Shown here: positions 13,792 through 27,329 of the stretch, piece after piece
How positions within the stretch are numbered: the first letter of the stretch is position 1
Layout: every line of letters begins with the position of its first letter
Assembly (NCBI GenBank): GCA_012295275.1
Contig: CM022679.1
Coordinates: 21,514,001 to 21,578,000 of the forward strand
Direction: 5' to 3'
DNA: 64,000 nt
Source: Chrysomallon squamiferum
Taxonomy: Eukaryota; Animalia; Mollusca
The notes under the pieces: generated by a model
Told to the model about the DNA's origin: nothing
The model's database searches: none
Seen by the model: the letters and a program-made list of their open reading frames with translations, nothing else
Made by a program: the position numbers and the translations under genes

Positions 13792-15035
13792 TATGTATTT
13801 GTGTGAGTGTTTAAGTGTATGTGTTGTGTATTTAAGTGTGTGTGTGTGTGTTATATGTGTGTGTGTGTGATATCATTAATTTCTCACATTGGTTTTTTTT
13901 AATCAGATTATGAAGTTAATGTCTGATTACTACTTGACATTTTGTTTCTGAGTTCAGTCTTGTTACAAAAACTTACTTACTTACATGTTTAAAAAAATAA
14001 TTATATGAAAACAATGTTTTAAGAAACAGTCCTTTATAGTTGCTGTTACAATTTGCCATCATTCTTCATAAAATCCTATTTTTTCTGACACTGAAGATAA
14101 AGATATAAAACAATATTCTGTTTACAATACTGTCCAGCTAATCAGTGTTGTAATATATTTAATTATATCCCATATAACATACAATTATTAATGTTACCAA
14201 ATACTTAATTACATTCCATATAACCTACAGTTATTAATATTATCGTATGGTTTTTTTTTACATCACATATAACATTATAATTGTTAATGTCATCATAGAA
14301 TCATGGACTAAAATTTTCTGTGGACATTTCTTAAGGTTGGTAATAAAAATAAGATATCTATAATATTTATTTTTCAGAATAAAAGTTAATGTTTATAATC
14401 TGGTGTTATTAACAAACAGTTTTTAATAAGCTGGTATTATTGGAAAATGAATATTTTCATGTTAATGAAAATGTTGGTTTTATTCATATCTCATCTCAAG
14501 TTTGATGTGATAAAATCATGGAGAAATATATAACCTTTTCAAAATGTTGCTTTTATTATAATTTTGTTTTAAATGTTCAGTTTATTATGTTATAACAGAC
14601 AAACTTCAAATTTTTTTGTTTATTTGTTTTTTCCTTTTTTGACACTGTTTATTTTAATGAAAGAACTACATAATGAATTTTATGTTTTATTTTTTACTTG
14701 TTTGTTTTGTTTGTTTGTTTATATTATTTTATTTTATTTATTTTGTGCTGGGTTTTTTTGGTTGTTCATGTTTTTACTTTTTTCTTTTTGGTTACTTTTA
14801 TTATTATAATGTAATTGTTTTCTTTTTTTAAAACTGGTTTTTGTTTTCTTTCTTAACGTTTATCAAATTATTTTCTTATTCATCTGTTGATTGACATTTT
14901 ATTTATTTTCTAAAACTTTTCTTTCTCTTTTTGTTTTTTAATTCATTTATTATTTTAATTTACTACTTCTATGCTAGGAAATTATATTACCTACAGCATG
15001 CCTTTTTTGTTCACATTTCCAAAAAACAAAAAAAA

Positions 15036-15067
<32 letters not shown>

Positions 15068-15350
15068 ACAACACTTGGTTACATAGCAATGCATATTTTG
15101 ACTTCCACAATATTTTGAACATTTTAAAAATTTATCAGAAAAAAAACATACATCTCCATAAAAACTAAAACACCCCCAAAAAAAACACACACACATAAAC
15201 AAAAAATGTTGAAATTAAAAAAAAAAATAAAGAAGATAAAATAAGAAGAAGAGGATATAGAAAAATAATGACAACAACGTTTTAACTAAATTGTATTTAC
15301 AGAGACCTCAACATCATTTGATATATTTCCAAAATTTATCAACCGAAGTA

Positions 15351-15418
<68 letters not shown>

Positions 15419-15489
15419 AAAAAAGCTGACAACAATACATGCTGCCGGTGTAATGCATGCTAGGTTATTTGTTTTCGACTTTTTTACAG

Positions 15490-15525
15490 GACAAAAACAA
15501 ACAGCCTCGTGTTCCTCTAGAAGTG
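15490..15525 (+). CDS. PDE11: Candidate 36-nt in-frame cassette exon of the PDE11-like gene (DKNKQPRVPLEV)
   Basis: tttttacag|GAC...GTG|gtgaat; phase 0-0; TGCATG motifs on both sides. Confidence 0.45.
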
Positions 15526-16522
15526 GTGAATATTTTACTCAGCGACTTGCATGTGCACTGCTTTGTTTAGATAATCCCACACGTAGAGTCTCTTAATCCT
15601 CTCTGCAGTATTCTGTCTAATCTGTTTTATAATACTTCACATTAATCCTTTTTATTATTAAACTCTGCATTAATTTTAATCATTTTTATTATTAAACTCT
15701 GCATTAATTTTAATCATTTTTATTATTAAAGTCTGCAATAATTTTAATTAACCAACGTGTTAAGCTGCTTAATAATAACATTTTTGGTGCTTTTTTAACT
15801 TTTAGGTCATTATAAATGATATATATATATATATATATATATATAGATATATTTTTTTTTTAATTTGAATTCACTAACTAGTTACAGCTGGATTAACAAT
15901 ATTTTATTTTTGTTCCTTTTTTAAAAACTTTTAATCAGTTTAACATGATAACTGTTACTAATTTTAATTCGTTGATTTGTTGAAGATTAAGCTACTGATA
16001 ATGATTAAATATCTGATGTTTAGTATTGCTTTAATGAATTTGCATTATTTATCATTACCCATTGTTCATTTATGATATGTATCATTAACCTTTTATCCAT
16101 ATTATATTTATCAGTAACACATCAGTATTATTATGTTTATCATTAGTTCTTATTCCATTTATGAAACTTTTTGTTAATATTAATGGACTAACTTGTTAAG
16201 ATTTGACAAAAATAACAAAATATGTTTGATGCTTTTTAATCTTTTAATGCATTTAACACAATATTTATCATTAATTTTAATCCACTAACTGATTAACTCT
16301 TTTTCTGCTAACAATTTATCTTTAATTTTTATTAACTTTTATTGCACTTAAAACCGGTGGTATTTATTAAATGCAGAAAGTATTGGTTTTTAACAAAATG
16401 TATTGCTGTAAATTTAATTTAATTTGGTGAAAGAATATATTTATTTGTTTGTTCATTTTGTTTTTATATATATATTACTTTTTATACTTATTTATTTATT
16501 TGTTTATTTATTATTATTATTA

Positions 16523-16574
<52 letters not shown>

Positions 16575-16639
16575 AAGTGCATTATTTTAAGAATGACATG
16601 TTCATTAACTTCAAAAATCACTTTCAGCAGTTCTGTTTC

Positions 16640-16935
16640 AACACTTAATTCACTATTTACACTTAATTCACTATTAACACTTAATTCACTATTAACACTT
16701 TAATCACTATTAACATTTAAGTCAATATTAACACCTAATTCACTATTAACATTTAAGTCACTGTTAACACTTAATTCACTATTAACACTTAATTCACTAC
16801 TAACATTTAATTCACTATTAACATTTAATTCACTATTATCTTAATTCACTATTAACAACTAATTCACTACTAACATTTAATTCACTACCACTTAATTCAC
16901 TATTAACATTTAATACTTAATTCACTAACATTTAT
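16640..16935. repeat. 18-bp minisatellite (aacacttaattcactatt)
   Basis: About 15 degenerate tandem units. Confidence 0.9.
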
Positions 16936-17209
16936 CATTTAACATTTATCATAATTAATCAATAACATTTAATTCTGTTAATCAACAACATTTAATATTC
17001 TATTAACTTTTATGTCATTATTACTTTTTAAACACATTTGTAAATGTAAATCGACTGTAAATATAAATTACAGTTATAATTATTAGCACAGGCAACTTGC
17101 TTAATAACCTGCACAATGCTTTCAAAGTGTACCTGTTAACAACATTTTTACATAATAATAATAATAATAATAATAATTATTATTATTATTATTATCATTA
17201 TTATTATTA

Positions 17210-17264
<55 letters not shown>

Positions 17265-18118
17265 ATTATTATTAATATTAAGTGATTATTTTATTTTATT
17301 ATTTGAAACCAACCTTTCCTAATAACTAAGTATGACCTTATATAACAGAAGCACGAAGACCTATTTCCCTCTTTGTCAGTTTACTTCTTTTGTTAAAATA
17401 AGATACAGAAATGTTTTTAATTTTGCCAGTAGTTTCTTCATTTTTAATTGTTTAGATTGATAATTTACAGATACTATTTTTAATGTCATACTTTATTGTT
17501 AGCAAAGGTTGGATGTAGGTACTATCTCTTGAACACAAAATCTTCTTGTTGCATTTTAACATGTACACTTTGAGTTGCTTATAGATAGATTAAAAATGGA
17601 TAGGTATTATATATCTTTTTTGTTCATAATTTATCTATTTTAGAATTAATTCTTTATTTATAAAAGTTAATTATTTTTATTTGTATCTGAATAAAATAGT
17701 GAATAAATCATTGATTTCTTTTATACATTTATAAAATTAAAAATAATAATAAAGTATATCATTAATATGGCTATAATAATTAATTAAAGGGTTTGTTTTA
17801 AAAAACAATATTTCTTAATTAATAATGATAAAATAATAACAACATGATTTTATATTTTAAAACATTTTTTTTTATTATTATTTCTTTAGATTTTTAAAAT
17901 TAGTTTTTTCCTCTGTTTTTTTTTTTTTTGCTCTCTCTATTTGATTATAAATTAAGCTTTTCTTGAAATTTAATAAAATGCATGAGGTAGTTAATTCTCA
18001 TTAAAATAGACATAATATTAATTTAATAATGTGCTTTTTAATTGTTTTTATTATTTATTTGTTTATTTATAAATTTATTATTATTATTATTTCTTTTTTT
18101 TATTATTTTTTATTGTTA

Positions 18119-18159
<41 letters not shown>

Positions 18160-18393
18160 TTTCTGATAGGCAAACCTAGTACATATAATACATAATTTAC
18201 ATTAAAAAAGTTACATGTTGTTACTGTTATTAGTAATGGAGTCATAATCCTCATCTAAGGCTTTTCTTATCATTTTAGCTACAAAAAAAAAAATGGTACT
18301 TTATTTTTCAAATATTAATTAAAAAAAAAATCTTATTTATTTATTTATTTATTTAATTTCATATTTATTTATTTTTTTTATTTTATTATTTAG

Positions 18394-18464
18394 GGTTTAT
18401 TTTCTCAAGTCTATGATCTTCAAGCCAGTGACTTTGATAATGATGACACCTACAACAGAGAAGG
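18394..18464 (+). CDS. PDE11: PDE11-like exon (GAF-B)
   Basis: tttag|GLFSQVYDLQASDFDNDDTYNRE-G|gtaaca; phase 0-2. Confidence 0.9.
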
Positions 18465-19078
18465 GTAACAGAACTGTCTGTCTGTCTGACTGTCTGTCTG
18501 TCTGTCAGTTTGTCTGTCTGTCACATTTTATGTTTAAAAAATTATTGAGATTTAAAATGCATATTTGTTTGCCAGAAATGTTGTTAAATTATCTGAAATT
18601 ATGATTTTTACTGAATACTGGTATGTGGTGTTAGTGTTTGTGTATGAATTAATGTGTCTTTGTGTGTTGGTGAGTACGTGTGTGTTTGTGTGGGTGTTTG
18701 AGTGGGTGTGGTTGTTTGAGTGGGTGTGGTTGTTTGAGTGGGTGTGGTTGTTTTAATGGGTGTGGTTGTTTTAATGAGTGTTCTTGAGAGTGGGTGGGTT
18801 GATTTTTCAACAGGAACTTTTAATAAAATCAGTTTAAATAAATAAGTTAATTAATTAATTAAAAATATATTTTTACTGTTTTATTTCTAATTTTTCAGGT
18901 GACATTTTTAATTTTATTTCTAAAATAATTTAATTTTGAAAATTTTCAACCTCTTTTAAAAATATATATTTTTATTTAGACTTTTTACATATTTACTTAC
19001 TTACTCACTTACTTACTTACTTACTTATCTTATCTTATCTTATCTTATCTTATCTTATCTTATCTTATCTTGTTGCAG

Positions 19079-19142
19079 ACCCCAAGAACCTCGCTTTCCT
19101 ATCAACATTGGTATAACTGGTTATGTTGCTACCACAGGGGAG
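19079..19142 (+). CDS. PDE11: PDE11-like exon (GAF-B)
   Basis: ttgcag|PQEPRFPINIGITGYVATTGE|gtaact; phase 2-0. Confidence 0.93.
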
Positions 19143-19205
19143 GTAACTGATGAGAACTCGTCTTCTTTTTTCCTAAAGATTTATTTGCCCCTGATACCCT
19201 ATCTT

Positions 19206-19238
<33 letters not shown>

Positions 19239-19522
19239 TTTCATAATTATATTAGTGTTAGTAGATAATACAAAAGAATTGTGTTTTGAGTCTCAGATAT
19301 AGTTCATTTTAATAAACCAAAGACATTTTTTTTTTAGCATTACCGTACTGAAAACAAATTTAATTTTATTCTACATGTCAGAAAATTATTTTTAAAGTAT
19401 CAAACAGTTTGAAATTAAATCAGTGTTTTTGCTGAAAATTTATTATAATGTATATTTCTATACTTGTATTTTACTTTCTCCTACTTTGAAGGTAAATATT
19501 TGTTTAACTTTTTTAATTTCAG

Positions 19523-19570
19523 ACACTAAATATTCCCGATGCTTACGAAGATGATAGATTTGATCCTGCC
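19523..19570 (+). CDS. PDE11: PDE11-like exon (GAF-B)
   Basis: tttcag|TLNIPDAYEDDRFDPA|gtgagt. Confidence 0.93.
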
Positions 19571-19869
19571 GTGAGTTTTTAAAAAATAATATTTCTGTGT
19601 GTAAATCTAACAAATTTCTTTAGTTTCTGAGTAGATTAAGGACTTGTTTTAAATACATTTTAATACCACTGACTATACAACAGTAATTCCATCTAAAACC
19701 AAATATATTTTTTATTATCATTTTATATTTTCAGAAAGATTTATTTAAACAAAAATTATTTTTAAACAAAATCGTCTGCTATTTCCATGATGATGAAGAA
19801 ACCGTCTTTGAAATATCAAATATTCTTCACAATTAATAATTTTAAAGTAAATAAAACTTGTATTTTCAG

Positions 19870-20013
19870 GCAGATGAGGGTACTGGGTTTAGGACCACTG
19901 CTATTCTGTGTATGCCTATTAAAAATGCCAGTGGCAAAGTGATAGGAGTCAGTCAACTGGTTAACAAACTCGATGGTACAGCATTCACAAAGAACGATGA
20001 AAATCTTTTTGAG
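19870..20013 (+). CDS. PDE11: PDE11-like exon (GAF-B, NKFDE-type motif)
   Basis: tttcag|[48 protein letters not shown]|gtttgt. Confidence 0.94.
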
Positions 20014-20549
20014 GTTTGTTAATTTTTACTGTTGTTGTTGTTGTGGTTGTTTTTGTGGTTGTTGTTGTTGTTTATTATTGTTATTGTTGTTATCATTTTC
20101 GTTATAACTATTATTTTCAATATTATTATAATTTTTTTTATCTTCATTATTATCATTATTATTATTTTTTATTATTATTATTTTTATTATTGTTGTTGTT
20201 TTTGTTGTTATTTATTTATTTTTAAAAATTGTTCATGATTTTATTTTATGATTTATTTTATAAAGAATTTTAATTTTATGTTTATTTATTTATAAATGAT
20301 TTTATTCAAATTTATAATTATTTATGTATGAATAGTAATTATAAAACTATTTTAATTTTTGTCTAAATTTTACTTTTAATTTGAAACATTAATTTATCCA
20401 TGTAGAATCTGTATTTTTATTTTTCATTATTTTTTTGTTATTTATGTATTTATGTCCATCATATTTCATTCTCATGCTGTTTAGTGCACTTTCATCAAAT
20501 CTTTTCAGTTTAATCATTTAAATGATCACAACAAATTTATGAAGGTACC

Positions 20550-20551
20550 CC

Positions 20552-20612
<61 letters not shown>

Positions 20613-21205
20613 AATAGTGATTATTTTTATCATCATCATCATCGTTATTGTTTTTATTTCATTATTAACATCATCATATCACTACTTTTATTATAATTAT
20701 CATTATCACGACCATCATCACATCCCCATTATCATCATCATCATCTGCACCACTGTTATGTAGTATCATCATCATTGTTATTATTATTGTTATTAATTAT
20801 TATTATTATTATTTATTATTATCATTATTATTATTATTGATATTAATTATTATTATTATTATTATTTATTATTATTATTATGATTATCATTATTATTATA
20901 TATTATTATTATCATTATTATTAACATCATCATTATTATCATCATCATGATTATCAACATCATTATTATTTATCATTATTATCATCATCATTATCATCAT
21001 TATTATTTATCATTATCATCATTATCATCATCATCATTATTATTATCATTATCATTATCATCATTATTATTTATATTATTATTATCATTATCATTATCAT
21101 CATTATCATTTATATTATTATTATCATTATCATTATTATCATTATCACTATTATTATTATTATTATTATTACTGTTATTATTGTTATTGTTGTTGTTGTT
21201 GTTAC
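20550..21205. repeat. (ATT)/(ATC)/(GTT) trinucleotide low-complexity tract
   Basis: Direct reading; runs up to the PDE exon acceptor at 21210. Confidence 0.9.
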
Positions 21206-21210
21206 TTCAG

Positions 21211-21354
21211 GCGTTCTCTATATTCTGTGGGATGGGTATCAGTAACACGCAGATGTACGAGATGACGGTGCGGTCCATGGCCAAGCAGCAGGTTGCGCTG
21301 GAGGTGCTGTCCTACCACGCGATCGCCCCCGTGGAGGAGGCTCAGAGACTCAGG
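21211..21354 (+). CDS. PDE11: PDE11-like exon (GAF-B end/linker)
   Basis: cttcag|[48 protein letters not shown]|gtaaaa. Confidence 0.94.
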
Positions 21355-21779
21355 GTAAAACTGGCTTAAAACAAGTCTCACTAAATTCACAGCAGTCGGT
21401 TAGGAGTAGGATGTAGTCAGAGCAGGATTCAGGATTACGTTAGTCGAGTTACGACATTTGTAGGAAAGTTGAAGAAGAAGAAGAAGAAGAAGAAGAAAAT
21501 TCAGGAATGAAGCAAGATTCTGAAAAAAGATAGAGATTAAAAGAAATATATATATATATATATGTGAAGTTGTGTAATTAGAAAATAACAATAGATTTTT
21601 TGAATTACTAGTGAAAGATGTTTTCATGTGTAAATTAATTTTAAGAAATTCGAGTCAAAATTTTAATGTTAAATTTTTGGATTTGTTTAGTTTTTTTATG
21701 TTGTGTTTACATAGCATTGCATTTTCATGCAAACTTGATACTCTTAATATTTTTACAGTATTTTTGGCATATGTAAAAC

Positions 21780-22125
21780 AGCATTTTTATTTCATGTTAA
21801 CAATGCAATGAATTATTATTGTATAATATGTGTAATACTGCATTTTTATTTCATTTCATGTCAGTATAACAATGATAATTATTTTATGAAATGCATAATC
21901 CTGCATTTTTACTGCATGTTAACATGTTTATAAATTATTATTTTATAAAACATGTAATTGAGCATTTTATTCCATGTCGATATTGAAAAGAATTATTAAT
22001 TTATAATACACATAATACTACATTTTGTACCATGTAACTGTTGCAGTAAATTATTATTTTATGATATATATATATATAAAATAGAGAATTTTATTTCATG
22101 TTAATATCACAAAAAATTATTATAT
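21780..22125. repeat. Degenerate roughly 58-bp tandem repeat (gcatttttatttcatgtt...aattattatt...taatact), about 6 units
   Basis: Periodic recurrence upstream of exon 22144. Confidence 0.75.
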
Positions 22126-22143
22126 AAATTTAAATTTTTTCAG

Positions 22144-22290
22144 AAACTTTCCATTCCCTCGGCAGCACACTTTAATCTGCTCGACTACAGCTTCAGTGAC
22201 TTCTGCCTCGATGATGACGGCACACTGAAAGCAACCATTCGAATGTTCTTAGATCTCGACCTCATAGAAAACTTCAGAATCAATTACGAA
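22144..22290 (+). CDS. PDE11: PDE11-like exon (catalytic domain start)
   Basis: tttcag|KLSIPSAAHFNLLDYSFSDFCLDDDGTLKATIRMFLDLDLIENFRINYE|gtaaag. Confidence 0.93.
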
Positions 22291-22481
22291 GTAAAGTATT
22301 AGTAAATATGAAAATACAGAATCATCAAATTGGCATATGAAATTTTTAAATATGAAAATACAGACATCATAGAACATTATGAAGTACAGTTGATGATTAC
22401 TATTTTAGCATAATCATTGTAATAAACTGTTAATGTTGGTTTTAATAGTTAAGAACTGGATGTAAAACATGCATTTGTGAA

Positions 22482-22531
<50 letters not shown>

Positions 22532-22672
22532 TATGTATGTATTTTGCCAGTCTTAATGTGATAAAAATCATAATGCATTATAAAGCTTTCCTGCTTGTAC
22601 TCACAATCACAATTTGATACATACTGTAAATTTTAAATAACAAAATTCACATTCTGATCACTGTTTTTTCAG

Positions 22673-22780
22673 ACACTGTGTAGATGGCTGCTCAGTGTAA
22701 AGAAGAATTATCGTAATGTGACGTATCACAACTGGAGACATGCGTTCAATGTCGCACAGACCATGTTCTGCATGATCAAG
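22673..22780 (+). CDS. PDE11: PDE11-like exon (YHNWRH metal-binding motif)
   Basis: tttcag|[36 protein letters not shown]|gtattg. Confidence 0.96.
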
Positions 22781-22920
22781 GTATTGCACACTGTTTTAAA
22801 TAACACACACTTTATTAGATTTAATTACGTTCTTAATACATATGACGTGTGCTCTGAAACATAAACAGTTTGTTAGAGTATCATGTTCTGTATGATCACG
22901 TATTACACACTGATCTGTGT

Positions 22921-23150
22921 ACTATTTTAAATACTACACGATTTGTTAAATATATCAAAATTAATTACATTTCAAAAATATGTTCCTGTTACATATGCAT
23001 GGAAACCTTGACAAGTTTGTTAATTCAGTTTGGAGACTATTTTAAATACTACACGATTTGTTAAATATATCAAAATTAATTACATTTCAAAAATATGTTC
23101 CTGTTACATATGCATGGAAACCTTGACAAGTTTGTTAATTCAGTTTGGAG
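22921..23150. repeat. Exact 115-bp tandem duplication
   Basis: actattttaaatactacacg...cagtttggag repeated twice. Confidence 0.92.
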
Positions 23151-23312
23151 AGTAATATGTTCCAGTCATATATATATATATAAACAGACACCTGTAATCA
23201 GAGCAAGTATATATATATATATATATATCTGATAATGTAAGAATATATAAGTTTTGCTGTTTTATTCAGATAAGACACTTAATGTTCTGCGTGTATGAGT
23301 GTCTGTATCTTT

Positions 23313-23789
23313 GTGTGTATTAATAATGTGTTTGTGTTACAGAAAGGACACATGGGGAATGTTCTCACTAACACACTGTGTATTAATAATGTGTTTGTGT
23401 TACAGAAAGGACACATGGGGAATGTTCTCACTAACACTGTATGTGTATTAATAATGTGTTTATGTTACAGAAAGGACACATGGGGAATGTTCTCACTAAC
23501 ACACTGTGTATGTGTATTAACAATGTGTTTGTGTTACAGAAAGGACACACGGGGAATGTTCTCACTAACACACTGTGTATGTGTATTAACAATGTGTTTG
23601 TGTTACAGAAAGGACACACGGGGAATGTTCTCACTAACACACTGTGTATGTGTATTAACAATGTGTTTGTGTTACAGAAAGGACACACGGGGAATGCTCT
23701 CACTAACACACTGTGTATGTGTACTATGTGTTTAAATAATGTGTTTGTGTTACAGAAAGGACACATGGGGAATGTTCTCACTAACACAG
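23313..23789 (+). repeat. 63-78 bp tandem repeat, 7 copies, of the PDE intron 3' end, acceptor and exon start
   Basis: gtgtattaacaatgtgtttgtgttacag|aaaggacacatggggaatgttctcactaacac repeated. Confidence 0.95.
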
Positions 23790-23865
23790 AGATTCTTGCT
23801 CTCATTGTCGGATGTCTCAGTCATGACTTGGATCACAGAGGAACTAACAACCAGTTCCAACTCAA
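23756..23865 (+). CDS. PDE11: PDE11-like exon ([10 protein letters not shown] class I PDE signature)
   Basis: ttacag|[37 protein letters not shown]|gtgagg; the acceptor is the last of 7 tandem copies. Confidence 0.92.
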
Positions 23866-24500
23866 GTGAGGTTTTTACTGTCACATCTTAGACACAAACA
23901 GCAAAATTAAAACCTTTCTCTCCAATAATTCCCCTGTCCACCCTCCTAAAAATAATTTTTAAATGATATACACTATTCTTTTTGCAGAGAAGGGCAGTTT
24001 CTTCATCTTAAATATTTTTATAATGATAAAGGCAATCACTAGGATTGGGAAGTCCATTGCTATTTTTTTTTTCTTTAATGTTTTTAAAATAATACAAGTC
24101 TAAATGAAATACTGAAATCTGTTTACAGTCAGTTATTATCCACAGATATTAATTTTCATGTATTACTTTATTTTAGTTTTAATACTACTCTTCATTTCTT
24201 AGTATAATTCATAGTTGATACATACAAACAGCCCAGTTCTAGTTGTGTATTTAAACGTGCAGTTAGCATTCTGTCATGATTATTTCTAGCAGTATACATT
24301 ATAACTTTCCACCAAAATTTATCAACTGGTCAGATTGAAAAGGGCCATTTATTATATTCATTTTTTTTGTTTTCATTTTTTGACAGCTTTCTGAATAAAG
24401 AATTTTCAAAACATACTTTTATAAATATGAGATATAAGACTTGTTCTATGTATGAGGTGAAGTTTAAAAATGATTTTCTTTTTTTTTAAATTTGTTTCAG

Positions 24501-24588
24501 AACATCATCACCCCTAGCCGAGCTTTATTCTACCTCCACCCTCGAACATCACCATTTTGACCAGTGCATCATGATTTTAACTACAAAG
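24501..24588 (+). CDS. PDE11: PDE11-like exon (catalytic)
   Basis: tttcag|[29 protein letters not shown]|gtggga; phase 2-0. Confidence 0.95.
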
Positions 24589-25294
24589 GTGGGAATCTTT
24601 AATTACTTCACAAATAAAAAAACTGAAATAATTTTTAACAGTGTCATAACAAGCACAATGATTATATATAAAACAATATTAATCAGTTTGCCTCCACATG
24701 GGGCATTTCCTCTTTCAGCAGTGTTGTATAAACTGGTTATTAAAGTCAGTGGTATGCGATGTCCTGATGAAAAAAGAAAATCTTGTTACTGTTGAAAAAA
24801 ATGTATACCACATGTTAGATATTCACTAGCCAACTAACTTTGACTTGTAATATTTTTGAGATGTAATTGTTTATAATGGCCTTTAGATACCTTCATGTAA
24901 TTTACAAATTCAGAAAGTAATGAGGTGAGTTGTACACACACATATATACAAAATATACAAAATAATCACAAAATAATAATAACAACAACAACAACAACAG
25001 CAATAACAATAATAATAATTATAATAGTAACAACAACAAGAATATTAAAATTATTAATTACAATAACAATAATAATAATAATATCAGTATTCATACATGC
25101 ATATGCATATACATGTATTTACAAAAGTAATTGTTTTTTATTACGTTGTTATTGTTATTGCTATTATTATTACACTTGTTATCATTTTTCTGTTCTATAT
25201 AAACTAGTACACACACACACACACACACACACAGACAGACACACACACACACAGATCACTGTATGTACAGATAAACATGTATATTTAAATGCAG

Positions 25295-25395
25295 GGCAGT
25301 GACATTCTGTGTCACGTATCCCAGTCAGAGTATGAACAAATCATACAGCTCCTGGAAGGTGCTATCCTGGCTACTGATCTTGCTCTCTACTTCAG
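25295..25395 (+). CDS. PDE11: PDE11-like exon (catalytic, ILATDL motif)
   Basis: atgcag|GSDILCHVSQSEYEQIIQLLEGAILATDLALYF-R|gtaaat. Confidence 0.94.
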
Positions 25396-25836
25396 GTAAA
25401 TACATAAATAAATAAATAAATAAATAAATAAACAAACAAATAAATGAATGAATGAATGAATAAATAAACTAGAATATAATAAACCTCTACTTTATAACAC
25501 ACAGCCAGTAAACCAGTATGTAAAGGCAGATGTATATATAATATATTTTCATTTTCATTGATTTTTCTAAGTAAGCATATATATTTATAATGTGTTATTA
25601 CATACTGTGTATGTGTATGTGTGTGTTTCTGTGTTACTTTCTTTTTCTATATTTTGTTAGTAAAATATGTAAGTATATCTATATATATATATATATATAT
25701 ATATGATGTAATATTACACACTCAGTGTGTATATATCAATTCATTCTTTTTCTAATTTATCATAATAAAATGTTTAAGCTTATGTATTGTAATATTATAA
25801 TGTAATGTTATATGCTGTGTATGTGCGCATGTGCAT

Positions 25837-25881
<45 letters not shown>

Positions 25882-25979
25882 TGTTTGTCTGTGGGTGTGG
25901 GGTGTGCAAGACTGAACATACATATTTATGTTAAGATTTAGCATCACACATGCTATATGAGATGTATTGTGTAATGCAG

Positions 25980-26057
25980 ATACAGAAGGATGTTCTTTGA
26001 TCTGGTTCACAAGGAGAATGCAGACTGGGGAAACGATGAACACAGAGACTTACTCCG
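25980..26057 (+). CDS. PDE11: PDE11-like exon (catalytic)
   Basis: atgcag|YRRMFFDLVHKENADWGNDEHRDLL-R|gtaaca; phase 2-2. Confidence 0.9.
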
Positions 26058-26802
26058 GTAACAAGTTTTATATATTATCACTGACACATCACACACACTA
26101 CACATAGTAAAAACTAGCTGTGTCTTCTCACACACATGATTCAGTAGTAGTAGTAATAATAATAGTAATAATAATAAAAGTAATAATAATATCATAGTAG
26201 TAATAATAGTAACAATAATAATAATAATAATAAGAATAATTACAATAAGAGTAACAACAATAATGATATTGTACATAATTTGTTGTGATAGCGGACTTGA
26301 CTAAATAAAATAAAATTATTCACATATATAAATAATTACATTTAAAATAGGTTCTAACTTATTAAATGCTCTGTCTATCAACATGTACCTTAAATATGTA
26401 TTAGAAATAATTATATTTAAAATATGTTGTAATTTATTATGCAATCTATCTATCAACATGTACGCAGAGGTACACCTTCTCAAAAACATCTTTGAACATT
26501 TTTCTGATGTATAAAATAGTTTGTAAGACAGAAAACAAAAATCCACTTACTCTATGTATTGTTCTTGCTGCATGGATAGGTATAATGTATATAAAAAAAA
26601 AAATTTAAATTATTTCATTAATAAAAATTTTAAAGAAAAACGACCAAAAACTAAACACCATAATACTATTATAATTATTATGCACAAATATCATTTTCTC
26701 TATTAAACAGTCTTATTAATATAACTGTAAACTAATTATTTTAACAACAATTTCATATTGTGTATATATATATTTGTTTGTTTGTTTGTTTGTTAACTTC
26801 AG

Positions 26803-26866
26803 TTCCATGTTGATGACTGCTTCAGATGTGGCTGCTATTACAAAACCATGGGAAGTACAGAAAAAG
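26803..26866 (+). CDS. PDE11: PDE11-like exon (catalytic)
   Basis: cttcag|SMLMTASDVAAITKPWEVQKK|gtaatc. Confidence 0.95.
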
Positions 26867-27052
26867 GTAATCGCTGGTGACTCAGTCTTTCTATATCAAT
26901 CACACACACACCATTTTATAATACCTCTGATTCTTAAAAAATAGTCTTATTTGTTTGTAAATTACCACTGCTGTACTCTCTCTCTGTAAAAGAGGATTAT
27001 AATATATGTTTTTTTTTAATAAAGGTATGAATTTATATTTTTCTGTTTACAG

Positions 27053-27127
27053 GTAGCAATGCTGGTGGCAAGTGAATTTTTTGAACAAGGTGACATAGAG
27101 AAAGAAACACTGAAAATTAAACCTGTG
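27053..27127 (+). CDS. PDE11: PDE11-like exon (EFFEQGD motif)
   Basis: ttacag|VAMLVASEFFEQGDIEKETLKIKPV|gtatgt. Confidence 0.95.
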
Positions 27128-27151
27128 GTATGTACCCTTTGTCATATTCAA

Positions 27152-27206
<55 letters not shown>

Positions 27207-27329
27207 TGTGTCTGTATCTGTGTGTGTGAGTGTACTGTTATATAATTACAGAAAATATTTTAGAAAAAAAAATTGTTTTGTTTTTTTCTTTGAAATTTGT
27301 TTTGAATATTTCGTCTGTTTTGTCAACAG

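Noticed and set aside
23295-23805. Cys-rich repetitive ORFs on both strands
   Set aside because: Alternative-frame translations of the tandem acceptor repeat
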